From Leucoraja erinacea (lineage: Eukaryota), in the NCBI RefSeq assembly GCF_028641065.1, contig NC_073405.1:17422001-17486000 (forward strand): a stretch of 64,000 nt of DNA, read 5' to 3'. This document shows positions 11,030-23,769 of the stretch, piece after piece. Below the pieces are notes generated by a model. That model searched no databases. It was not told where the DNA came from and was given only the letters and a program-made list of their open reading frames with translations. The number at the start of each line of letters is the position of its first letter. Position 1 is the stretch's first letter. Made by a program: the position numbers and the translations under genes.

Positions 11030-11650
11030 CATTCTTGAAAGTATTTAATATATATTGGCCTCCACTGCCTTCTGTGTAGAAAATCCCCAAGGATTCAACA
11101 CACTCGGAGTGGAAAAATTCCTCCTGTTCTTGTACTAAAAGGCATCCTCTGAATCCTGAGGGCATGAGCCCTGGTTTTGGACTCTTCAGTAATTTGTGAT
11201 ATCTTCCTGGGAACAGGTCTGTTCAATCCTTCCAAACATTATTGTTATCTATGAGACCCACTCTTACTATCTTCTACTCTGGTGAATATAGGCCTAATCG
11301 ACTCATTCTCTGCCCATACATCAGTCCTGCCAACACAGGAATCAGTTCAATAAACCATTGTCGCACTCCCTTAACGGCACCAACATCCTTCCTCAGATGA
11401 GGAGACCAAAACTGCACAAAATTCCAAATGGACTCTCACCAAAGCCTTGTCTAGTTGCAGCAGATTATCCATTACTGATGTACAATAATATCCAGGTCTT
11501 GCCTCCCCTTATCTATATTCAGATAATAATTCATTTTTCTGTTTATGAAACCAAAGTGAATAATCTCACATTTATCTACAGTGAACTACATCTCCCACAC
11601 ATTTGCCCACTTATCCCACTTGCCCAAATCACATTGGAGTTTGCTTGCAT
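11030..11650 (-). mobile_element. Decayed CR1 LINE fragment
   Basis: Similar to the CR1 copy at 53.3-54 kb. Confidence 0.7.
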
Positions 11651-14287
11651 CCTCCCCACATATTCGCACACCCCACCCACAACCATAACCCCTGAAACAC
11701 AGCAGTTGTGGAATCTAAATTCAGTTAATAAGTTGCATTTCGAAATAAGAAAACAAATCGGTTGACTCAGAATTCTAATGAAATGTGGTAAAAACTCACC
11801 TGATTTACTGATTCAGCATTCCCACGGGATCACCCTCATCCACTCCACTGGATACACACTCATGACCTCCAATTGAGCAGTCAAATATGACTTTTTTCAC
11901 AAATCCATGCTGACCATGTTCAATAATGTAATTATTTTCTTGGTAACTTACAGTCATCACACGTGCTTGATTATACATTCCATTAACTGCTTATGTCAGG
12001 GTAATTGGTTGGCAATTCCCAGTTCACTTGCTTCATAAACAGTGAGGATGACTTGTAACAAAAGCTTCCTCCCAAACACTGAAAGTAGCTTGGCTGCCCA
12101 ATCAATATAAGGTGACACTGTACTGAAGAAGATAGCCGACAAAACTGAGTAATCAGCAGGTAGTGATGAACGTACGTGACCACATCTGCACCACTCTACC
12201 TGTGGCAGATGCACCCATCCATGACAACATTGGTTGAACATGTGCACAGTCCTTGTGAAGGCAAAGTGTTATCTTCACACTAAGGACACCTTCCATCGTG
12301 ATCTGTGGCTTTGGCAAACATGCTAACTTGAATAGATTCAGAACAAAGTAGACAGCTTGAAACTGGGTGTACTTGAGATGTCCTGGGCCATCGGCAGCAG
12401 AAATGTCCGCCAGAAAAATAACCTCATTGCCCAGCATATCCCTCACCTCACCATTACTATAAAGCCAGAGGAATAACACGCGTTCAGTGAGGAACGTGGA
12501 TGCTCATGTTGGGACAAGTACCACACATACTTGAACAAGTGGTGTCAGCTTAGTGAAGCTGCAGCAGAGGATTGCTGGCACATTTAGCAATAAACTCAGT
12601 GTGGAATGGCATAACCTAACAACTAATGGACCAGATCAAAGCCCAAAAGTCAGCCATGCTGGGTCAGAAATGATGGAAGACAATTTAAACAGGTAACCGG
12701 TGAAAGAGGCTCCAAACACATCCCTGTCCTCAACCATTATGCAACCTACTCGGTGAGTGCTAAAGATAAGGTTGAAGCAGGCACTTAAACGGCAAGGCAT
12801 AAAATACAGACCTAGCTTGGGTACATGGGATTGTGTAGATGGGCGCGAATGTGGGCATGGATGAGATGGGTGAAAGGGCCTGTTGCTGTTCTGTGCAAAT
12901 CTTTGAATCTCTGGTCACTTGCCTGAGATCTCCAGATCAGATAGCAGGAGGTAGAGGAGCAGAAATGCAGACAAATCACAGACTGGTGTAAGAGGAACAG
13001 TTACTGCAATGGGATGTAATTCCCCCAATATTGATTGGGATTACTGAAGTATGAAGAGCTTAGATGGGGTGGAATTCATGACAAGCATCCAGCAGAGTAT
13101 TTTTAGCCAATACATAGATGGTTAGACTAGTGCCTGTCTGTACTAGAACGTATTTTGGGAATGAGGTTCAGCAAGTAGTGCAAGCGTCAGTGAGGAACAT
13201 TTTGAGGATAGGGATTGCAATTCCGCAAGATTCAAGGCAGTTGTGGAAAATGGTAAAACTACTCTGGAAGTTCATATCCAAAATTAGGGGAAGGCTGTTT
13301 CCATAGCATAAGCCAGGAGCTGGAGAAAGTTGGCAGGGAGCAGCAGCTTGTGGGTACCACAACAATCCAACCAGTCAAATTTTTTTTCAAAAGAGAGAGG
13401 GTGAGTGTTCAGGGAAAACATGTTCTCATTTGGATGGCAAGGTTAAAGGAATCCTAGATATCAAATGATATTGAGAGTTTGAAGAAAGGAAAGCAGTATA
13501 TGGCTGGTACAAGTGACTGAAATGGGAGAGTCCCTTGAAGAGCATATATATTGGAGGAGTGAAGTTCAAAAATATATTTGTAGGGCATTGAAGGGCCTTG
13601 AAACATCACTGGGATATGACAACATAGATCTAGTGTGAACGGGTGACCAATAGTCAGTCGGCGTGGATGTGGTGGGCTGAAGTGCCCATATCCATCCATA
13701 TCTTTTTTTTAAAGATGATGGAGAAACTGAAAGGATTTTATGAGGATTTTAGGTGCAAGAGGGCCTGTTCCTATGATGGACAATTCTATAATTCTGTAAC
13801 TAGACCAGAGAGCTGAATTCCAATGGTGAGGAGAGAGTGAGTGGCCGTGACACCAAGGCAACATTTGACCAAGTGTGATATCAAGCTGTCCTGGTTACAT
13901 TAAAGTCAATGTGCATCGAGATGAAAATACACCAAAGGATGGAATCAATAACATTCCTTCTTTCACAAAGTCAGAAGTGGTGTTGTACACTTGTGATTGC
14001 AGCTCCTCAGCAAATGAACGAGTCCATAACTACTGTATTGTAACTGTAATTTTTAATATAAAAATTTTTTTTTTTTAAATATTTAATATAATCTTTAAAC
14101 ATCTGCCTAAGAATACTACCTATTCATCCTTCACCATTTTGCCTTTATAGATATGTATATAGCGCCGCAGAATTGTGCACCTATCCCGCCCCCTCCCCCT
14201 TTTGTTTTGTTTTCTGTTTCTTGTTTTTTGTACTAAATTATATGTATGCACTGAGTACGAGCTGCTTTTAATCTCATTGTACATGTA

Positions 14288-14443
14288 NNNNNNNNNNNNN
14301 NNNNNNNNNNNNNNNNNNNNNNNNNNNNNNNNNNNNNNNNNNNNNNNNNNNNNNNNNNNNNNNNNNNNNNNNNNNNNNNNNNNNNNNNNNNNNNNNNNNN
14401 NNNNNNNNNNNNNNNNNNNNNNNNNNNNNNNNNNNNNNNNNNN
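14288..14443. other. Assembly gap (156 N)
   Basis: Run of N. Confidence 1.
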
Positions 14444-14844
14444 CCAAGACAACATCCAGACATTGGCTGATATGTGGCAATGAGGCCACCATTTACCATC
14501 ATTTAATATGGACCAGACATATGAATTGTACAGTAACGAGCAAACCAAAGGCTGGATCAGCCCTAGGTGAATGACTCGCCCTCTGACGGCACAGATCCTT
14601 TCACCATTTGCAAGGACAGAATACTCTCCACTTGTTGAGATGAGCACAGGTCCAATAACATTCCAGAAGCTCACCATTATCCAGGACAAAGCCACTCATC
14701 CACCATCTGGAATATTCATTCCCGCCAACATTGGACAGTCAGAACTTTTTTCCAGGATGGAAATATCAAACACTAGGGGCCATAACTTTAAGGTGAGTGG
14801 GGTAATGTTTACAGCAATATGCATGAGATGTATTTTATACACTT

Positions 14845-15812
14845 AATAATAATAATACTAAATTTTATTTATGGGCGCATTTCAAGAGTCTCAAGGACAC
14901 CTTACAAAATTTAGTAACAGAATAAAAAACATGTAAGCAGAATGAAACAAAATAAAAAAATAACGACAAAAAAAAATAAAAATAATAAAGACATCAACAA
15001 TACACAATTCAAAGAGAGAGCAGCGGCAGCTAATTGCGCCAGCGTTCACTCTCCCTTCCGGCAGCCATCTTGGAAACGGAACAAATTAAGAATCATTTAA
15101 CATAGAAACATCCCCCCACAGTGGTTACCATTATGAGTGAAGGCACAATGTCCAGTCCCCAACCCCAGTTCACCTATAGTCGGGCCTATTGAGGCCACCA
15201 CAGTTGCCTCTACGGAGGCCCGATGTTCCAGGACGTTCTCACCGGGTGATGTTGGTCTGGCATCGGGAGAGTCCTCATAGCGGTTTGGCACACCTGGAAC
15301 GGCCACTTCCTTACCGGAGACCGCAGCTTCCGAAGCCGACAAGGCCGCGACGGTTGGAGCTCCACCTCTGGCGATCTCATCGAGAGATCTCAGGCTCCCG
15401 ATGTTGAAACCAGCGGCGCCGCCCGCAGCTGGTCGCTCCGCAGACCCGCAGCTCCGCGATGTTTTCCTCGGGGCGGTCCAGCGCGGCGACCCAGGCAAGG
15501 CATCGTCCGCTCCGCTCCGCGATAGCGCTCCAGCACTGTGCCGCCACCAAAGCAGAAGGTGCTGGGCGGTCCCCGACAGGAAACGCCGCTCCAGGCCCGC
15601 TGGTAGGCCGCGAGGACGGGTCGAAACTGCAGCCCGGAGAAAAGCTGCCTCTCCAACCAGGTAGGGACCTAGAAAGTAGTTTCCCCATCCCCCCACATAA
15701 AAAAGTCTAGACTGCCTAAGATAAAATACAAAACTCACTAAAAATTAAAGAAAAGAGTGGGAAAAACGGACAGCTACTAGCTAGGCAGCCGTGCCCCAAG
15801 ATGGCGGCCCCC
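14845..15812 (-). mobile_element. GC-rich non-autonomous retroelement with L2-type 3' tail, inserted in a CR1 3' end
   Basis: Minus strand ends TGTAAGGTGTCCTTGAG...ATAAAT..(TTA)n; CR1 sequence resumes on both sides; possible CACTT duplication. Confidence 0.6.
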
Positions 15813-16329
15813 ACTTGGTGGTGAGTGCGTGGAACATGCTGCCTGGAATGGTGGTGGAGGCAAATATGATAGTGGCATTTAAGATAATTTTAGATAGGCA
15901 CTTTCTGGAAGTGGAGAGATATGGATCATGTGCAGGCAGGTGACAGTTGGTGTTTGCAGCATGTTGGGTACAGACATGATTGGCTGAAGGGCCTCTTCTT
16001 GTGCTGTATGTTCTATGATCTGTTCTATGATCTGTGTTCTAATGTTCTATGATCTGTGTTCTATGTTCTACAGTGCTGATAGACTAATGCTGAATATTGT
16101 ATTCCAATTTGCTATTAATAAAAAGCAGAATATTAAGACCATATATGCTACTCAAAGTTAATGTGGGTCTGCTAGAAATCAGGATATTAATCATGAATTG
16201 AACTAATTTTAATGCAGAAATTAGATTGGAGGAGGCAAGGTTGCAGAGAGTTGGTACTGTACCAATCAGTTTCCAGTATTTCAAATTGGCTTCATCAAGC
16301 TTGAGTAGGTTATGAATGGAGGAGGATTG

Positions 16330-19000
16330 TCATCTAATCCAGTGGGAAATAACTCCTTGGGATATTGGACAATATTCCCTTGTGTTAATACGAGGGAAAC
16401 TAACATTTCTCATGCTCCATCATTGTAAATAATAAATGCTACTTCGTTCAGAGAAAGAAGTGTTTAAATCAGCTGCCGCCTGAGTGTGAAAATAACAAAC
16501 ATCTGTGGGCCGAGCAGGAAACGAGCTGTTATTTTAAGGAGAGGGGCTGTCCAGAACTGAAACAAGACGTTTAGATCTGCCTTTTATACCACTTTATCCA
16601 AATATCACAGTCTCTGTTCCACCCGCAACGTTGCTTTGAGCATCTATCAGGTACTTGACTATTTAAAGGGCCATTACCTCTGGTACTCTCTTTGAGCTAT
16701 AACAGTCAGCACAAGAATTGCTTTAGATATTTTGCCATATTGGTTGCCTGATTAATTTCAACCCACTGACTTTTCAGTGAATTCTGGGGGGAGGAAAATG
16801 TAATTATTGCTGATGGCTTAGAGGGCTGAAAGTTAATTCATCCCCATTACATAGTCAACACCTGGTTTATTTTCCACTGTATTCAAAGGAATTGAGAAGT
16901 GATAGGAAAGAACTGCAGATGCTGGTTTAAATCTGGAGAGAAAGAATGGGAGAAAGGTCTCGACTCAAAATGTCACCCATTCTTTCTCTCCAGAGATGCT
17001 GCCTGGCCCACTGAGTTACTCCAGCATTTTGTGTCTACCTTCAAATTGAGAAATGAAGTGAGTTGTGCAACGGGGCTTGAATTCAATCCACATATTTAAT
17101 CCACACAAAGTTAAACTGCCCTTGTGTGTCCTTCCATTCTCATGACCTTCCATTTATTATTATTTTTTGGTCAAATCTACCCTCCAAGTCTAAAATCTGT
17201 GAATCAGCCTGGTCTGTGCATCAGCAACATCAGTCTCACTGATCCAGTGACCACTCCTCCCTTGGGTCACCGCACAGTGAGTGTGGACATGCAAGTTCAA
17301 GTGAAACCAATTGGCCCAGAGCTGCCCTCCTCTCACACCCACCGCTCAGGAACACTGATGGTGAGCAGGTGGACAAATCCTAAGTGCGTCTGATCTGTAA
17401 TCCTGGTCATCTCAAGGAAGATCTCATGGCATTAGACCGTGCACCTTCCTATTCAGCACACGCTCCCACCACAGTCAAAGCTATTTCACGCAGAGATAGT
17501 CAATTGCTCATGTCTGTATCTACATATAATGTTTATAAAGACACACAAGAAAAATGTCTCCCTAGGAATAAAGACAAAAGCTAAAATAAAGACAAAAGGC
17601 CACATCCCGTACCTTAAATTATAGCATTGGAACAGTGTATAATCTGTGCCAGGATAAGCAGCATAACAGGCACTTGAGAGCTGTGGAGCTGAAGGATAGG
17701 AGGGTGCCCATGAGACCACAAAACAGTCAAGTCTAAACCTTACGTTAATGTTATCTAACGTATGACCAAAACTAAAAGGCAACACAATTCAGTGATGTAC
17801 TCAAAATTGGAGCACTCTGCCTTGTTATCTGCTGGAGAGTGAAATGGCTCAAGCACAGGTCTACAGATTTGACATCCATGACATATTCAGCAATCGCTTC
17901 ACTTTTCATGGTTCTTCACGCTCAACAACAGCAACCTGCATTAAAAAATACCATTACAAAATTGGAAAAACGACAAGACCATTTTCCGGATTTTGACCCA
18001 GAGATTAACAATCACACCACGTGTTTGAAATTAAAGTAAATCACTTTGTGTTCAATGTGGGGCAGGTTCATAAAGCCATGTGGTATCCCAAGGGGTGAGT
18101 GTGTGGGCTGGAGAGGGTAAAAGTGAAGAGCTGCTGGCAGTAAGGGAAAAGTCATGTTGGAGTCAAAGCACAAACCTGGGGTAACGTTATAACTGGGGTA
18201 AGAGGGTCACATGAAGCAAGAGGCAAACAAACTCTCAAAGGGAAAGGGGTCACAGGCAAAATGATACTATCCCAGTGCAAAAAGGACTGAGACCTTGCGA
18301 AATATAACAATGTTTAATTTTGCTGTTCTCTGCTCAGGGAAAGATGAGGTAAATGTTATTTTGTCCCACAGAATTAGATGTGATTGATGGAGAAATGTTG
18401 TGCAATTTAATCAGAAACGGAATTACAAGACTCCTTACACTTGAGAATGATGTGAATGAATGATCTGTGAATTTGAAGTATTGCAGAAATTCGGGGATAT
18501 TTGAAGTAAATTTAATTAATTCTCTCGATGTCCTGCAACACACATTGCCCCCGATTGCTGGGTGTGAGAGGAGGGCAGCACAATGCCAGTAGTTTCACTT
18601 GAACTTGTCTCTCCACACTCAATGTCCGGCTTCTCAGTATTGCAGAAATTTGGGAATATTTAAAGTCAATTTAATTTACACAAAGAGAATAAAATGTAGG
18701 AGAGAGAAAGAGAGAGAGGGGGAAAGCTAAAGGGTTGTTGATTTTAACTGTTCTGCACTGGGAGGAAGTTGCGGTATTTGTTATGTCCGCGGTTGGATGT
18801 GACTGAGAGAAAGATCTTGTGCAATTTAATCATAAATTTAAGTTGCAGGATCTCTTACATTTTAGGAGGCACTGTCACTGTGAAAATGCATTGTGTGAGG
18901 AAGAGAGCTGTCTCAGCTTCCACCCACTGATACCCTCTTCCTCTAGTCTTTGGAATGAGTGTTAAAGATGTATTTTACTGGAGATCTTTAAAATATTTTA
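16330..19000. repeat. Left inner arm of an old inverted duplication
   Basis: Reverse-complement matches: 16330-16560 to 23163-23400, 17190-17490 to 21830-22145, 18640-19000 to 21090-21530. Confidence 0.85.
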
Positions 19001-21347
19001 TCCTTTATTTATTCCTTAAGAATCCCAATAAAGGAAAACTAAAGGAGGGATTTGTTCTTTATTTCCCATTTTAAAAGGTTGTTTTTTCCTTCCCTCTCTT
19101 TTCTTTTTCTTCATTTATTATCTGAACATCTAAAGTATCTATCTTTATTTATATCTATCTATCTTCTATATAACATTAATACTCTGTGGCTGCTGGCTGG
19201 CTGTGTATCTGCCTGCCAGCCTTTGATTCGTTGCTACACCAACACCAGACCTACAAACACCCAGATTTTTTCCATTTCGGGAGAGATTTCACTTTTCATT
19301 CCAAGTATCCACTCCTCATTAAATTTCGCCATGTTTATGTAGGGAATGGCTGCGTTGGGGGAGCAGTCTGCACTTGGTCTAGTATATTACTAAATATCCT
19401 TGAATCCGAATTACTCCTTTGGGAAATAACTTGGGACAGTTGGGTGAAATCTCAAATATTGATTTCCAATTGCAAATACTTTATCCTCGAAAGGCTAGTC
19501 TTGATATTTACTATGCTTTTTGCATTTCTAACCATATTTCAGTTTTTCAAATGTGCGTGTGTTCAACTAAAAGCATAAATGTCTGGAACAAACACAACAT
19601 TCAACATAGGCTGAAGAATGGTCTCAACCTGAAATGTCACCCATTGCTTTTCTCCAGAGATGCTGCCTGTCCCGTTGAGTTACTCCAGCATTTTGTGTCT
19701 ATATTCAGCGTTCAACTGAAAAAGTGATTTTCTTCAATGCCCATGTAAGGCATTCAGAATTTGTATTCCACGGATCTGTTTCAGCTACAAAGACTTAAAA
19801 ACTGCAGTTGCCAACAAATGACTCATCATCACTAAATAGAGCTCTGAAAATAATACGTTGGTTTTAATTTGGTTACAGGTTAAAACAGTTTTAGACTCTG
19901 GAATTCAATTATTTGGTCTGTGTTTTTAATCCCGAGTTTATGAAGATAGCAAGTTCCTGGGGGAAATCCAAACTGAGCATCAGTGAGTTGGTCACTTTAG
20001 AATGAGTGCCACTGTTGACAACAGCTTGCATCACTTTACAGATGATTGATTGGTACTTAGCCACATTAAATTTGTCCTTAGTTTTGTGGATTGGTCATAG
20101 CTTTGCATTTTTCTAGCTCAAAAGCTCAAGCTGCTTCATCTGAGCTGCCAAAATTAAAGAATGTTCCCCATACAATGTGCTTTGAAAGGATCTTCATATT
20201 ATTTAAGGGGATTGAAGAAGGGATGGTGTCCTACCATACAATTTGATCATCCTGGGGTACTGAAGATGAAACAATTGGTGCACTTTGATGTATCATTGAT
20301 TTGTGTAGCAAGAGTAGAAGGGGTAAAGGAGGTGGACTGGTTCTGCCAGGGTGGACTCAAACTCGATGCCGGTTATTCTGTCTGTGTAACAAAATAAAAA
20401 CCGCTACCTTCACAAGGATCCCTGGAATGCCTCAATGCCAGTAACTACAAGTCAGCTCTTCCCCGAGTAATCAGCCTATGGAAGAAAAAGGAAAATCATG
20501 TCACCAACTCACACTGAGTATGCCAATGCAGGTAACAATTGAAGATAGGCACAAAGTGCTGGAGTCACAAAGTGGGTCAGGCAACATCTCTGGAGAAAAA
20601 AAGATGGGTGACGTTTCAGGTTGGGACCCTTCTTCAATCTGAGGCCAACTGGCCTCCCTCTTTCTTGTGAAATGTGAAAATATGGAATATTTAAAATATG
20701 CAGGAATTCAGCACAAATCCTTTCACCTCTGTCTGATATTATGTATCCGTTTTATATCTGCCTTGATATAAGTGCAACACATTACATAAGGTCAAATTAT
20801 ATTTTCCCATCTACATCCTCCAGCCTCACTTTCTAAATTCTGTTTGAGATTCATCCAAACTGCCCCAAACCATTAACTAAATTAATAATTAAGAATCAAT
20901 TGTATTTGATCAGGATTTTCATTCCAAGAATTCAAGAAACACACATAGATTACCAAGTTAACCCGAAAAGCAAAATGGATTGTACAACTCAGGTTATTAT
21001 TTCTTGCAAAACTATAGTCAGGATATCAAATCCATGCCCGGGTTTTCCTGCATTCGGGACCATTGTGAATAACTGTAAAACATTAAAAAAAATTAAATTC
21101 TACAATCTGTTAAATCTTTATCACTCATGGCAAAATGGAGGAAGAGAGAATGTGTGGGCAGAAGCTTAAAGAGTTCTCTCCTTAGTGCAGCTCAGTCACA
21201 TTGTGGCATTGCCTCCTAAAATGTAAGAGGTCCTGCAATTTACTTTCCCATTAAATTACACAGAATCTTTCCCTCAGTCTCATCCAATTCTTTGAGTCAT
21301 AAAAACAATACATTCAACTTCCTCCTTGTACAGAACAGCATTTTAAG

Positions 21348-21350
<3 letters not shown>

Positions 21351-21393
<43 letters not shown>
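21351..21393. repeat. (CT)n microsatellite
   Basis: Read directly from the sequence. Confidence 0.95.
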
Positions 21394-21398
<5 letters not shown>

Positions 21399-22528
21399 CA
21401 CTCGCTCTCTCTCCCTCTTTCTTTCACTGTTTCTCACTTGCTATGTCTCTCGATCCCTTGTTCTTATTCCCTTTGTGCAAAGCAAACTGATTTCAAAAAA
21501 TCCCATAACTCTGCAATGCTCTAATCTCACAGATCAGTCGCACACATCATTCTCAAGGGTCAAACGTGCAGGGAAACCTAAAACACAATAATTCACATTT
21601 CAAAAGAGAACTTCGAATGGACAGGCTTTAAAAAGAAAAGAATGATCGAAGATACTGATCATGCAAAATCTCACATATAAACACCCCACATCAGCCAGAA
21701 CTCTAGTAGCCTCCAAGCATCCTCACTTTCTAATCTTCCAACCTGTTTCCTGGATCTGACTATTTGAAGACTGAATTAGGTCCTCGGTGCACTGGGAGAG
21801 GGTCAACCCCTTGGGATGTGAAAATTGAATAAACATTTGACTGTAGTGGGAGGGTGTACCGTCTAGGAAGGTGCACCAGCTTATTGGCAACAGTCTTGGC
21901 AATGCAAGGTCATCTTTCCCTAGATGTCCTGCAACACACAGCAGAACTCAGCCAGTATTTCCTAATTCCTGCTCACCCTCATTGCCCCCGATTGCTGGGT
22001 GTGAGAGGAGGGTGGACGATGCCATTAGTTTCACTTGAACTTGTCTCTCCACTCTCAATGTCCGGCTTCTCAATGGAAGAGAGGCCAATGGGGCAGTGGG
22101 ACTGACGCTGTTGATGCACAGACCAGGCTGATTCACAGATTTCAAAAACAAAGCGATCAATTCATCAAAGAAAAATAATAAAATAACATCATGAGGACAC
22201 AGATATACAGAGGATCAGTTGGATGGATGTAAAGTGGGTGACATTGAATTGATGCTGCATTCTGCATCGAACTACACAAATTTCTCTGATTTCAGTGGAA
22301 AGGAAACCAAACTTTTTCAATGTAATGGAGGTGAACTCGCTGTCATAATGTAAACCATCAACATGAATTAACATTTCATCCCAGAGAATTCAGAGAAAAA
22401 TCTATGGAGTGAAGTTATTCAGGAAAACAACATGCCAGAATTTCTGAAGCAATTCTTGTTCTAACTGTCACAACTCAATGAGAGCGCCAGAGAATATGTC
22501 CCTTTAAACAGTCAAGTGCCTGATTAAT

Positions 22529-23070
22529 ATAGAAACATAGAAATTAGGTGCAGGAGTAAGCCATTCGGCCCTTCGAGCCTGCACCGCCATTCAATATGAT
22601 CATGGCTGATCATCCAACTCAGTATCCCGTACCTGCCTTCTCTCCATACCCTCTGATCCCCTTGGCCACAAGGGCCACATCTAACTCCCTCTTAAATATA
22701 GCCAATGAACTGGCCTCAACTACTCTCTGTGGCAGAGAGTTCCAGAGATTCACCACTCTCTGTGTGAAAAAAGTTCTCCACATCTCGGTTTTAAAGGATT
22801 TCCCCCTTATCCTTAAGCTGTGACCCCTTGTCCTGGACTTCCCCAACATCAGGAACAATCTTCCTGCATCTAGCCTGTCCAACCCCTTAAGAATTTTGTA
22901 AGTTTCTATAAGATCTCCTCTCAATCTCCTAAATTCTAGAGAGTATAAACCAAGTCTATCCAATCTTTCTTCATAAGACAGTCCTGACATCCCAGGAATC
23001 AGTCTGGTGAACCGTCTCTGCACTCCCTCTATGGCAATAATGTCCTTCCTCAGATTTGGAGACCAGAACT
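22529..23070 (-). mobile_element. Young CR1 LINE 3' fragment
   Basis: Open ORF2 C-terminus (WSPNLRKDIIAIEGVQRRFTRLIPG...) and octamer-repeat tail. Confidence 0.92.
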
Positions 23071-23686
23071 CAATACTAATACTCAAAGTAACATCTATGA
23101 TAGAAGAGAAACTAAGATATTTGGATAATATGGTAAAAAAGGCACAATCTAAACATCTTGCCTCAGTTCTGGGCAGCCCCGCTCCTTAAAATAACAGCTC
23201 GTTTCCTGCTGGGGCCGCAGATGTTTGTTATTTTCACACCCAGGGTGCAGCTGATATCAACTGTACCAGACCTCTTTCTTTAAACGACAAGCACATTTTC
23301 ATTAAAAAAGTTGGAGCATTGAAAAGAATGCATCTTCCACATTTACACTGCTCAATAATGCTGGAATATCCCATGGAGTTCTCTCCCACTGGATCAAGTC
23401 ACAGACCTCACTCATCACAATATAAACCATGTGCTGAAGCTGATCTGAAATAATGTAAACTGATTGGTGTAGTACTAACTCTCTGCAGCCGTGGCTCAAT
23501 GAATACAATTTCTCTATTAAAATTAACACAGTTGACTTCAATATCCTGATTTTATTTGAATTAGATTTATCACACTGATCAATTGAATGCATGAGTAGAA
23601 TATATGACCAACAAGGCACTACTGTTCATTGATAGCATATTAAAATTCAACTGACAACGGCATGAGTCCATCAGCTCTATTTATAA

Positions 23687-23769
23687 GGTAGACACAAAAT
23701 GCTAGAGTAATTCAACGGGTGAAGCAGTGTCTCTGGAGAGAAGTTTCGGGTTGAGACCCTTCTTCAGAT
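23687..23769 (-). mobile_element. Short Penelope-derived element
   Basis: Flanked by the 14-bp duplication AGCTCTATTTATAA. Confidence 0.7.

Larger units (their letters stand above)
21090..23400. repeat. Right inner arm of an old inverted duplication
   Basis: See 16330-19000; interrupted by a CR1 at 22530-23070. Confidence 0.85.

Noticed and set aside
14120-14695. ORFs containing X runs
   Set aside because: They read through the N gap.
15097-15738. Overlapping GC-rich ORFs (also 35035-35668 and 46135-46952)
   Set aside because: No recognisable domain or splice structure; explained by GC-rich repeat sequence.
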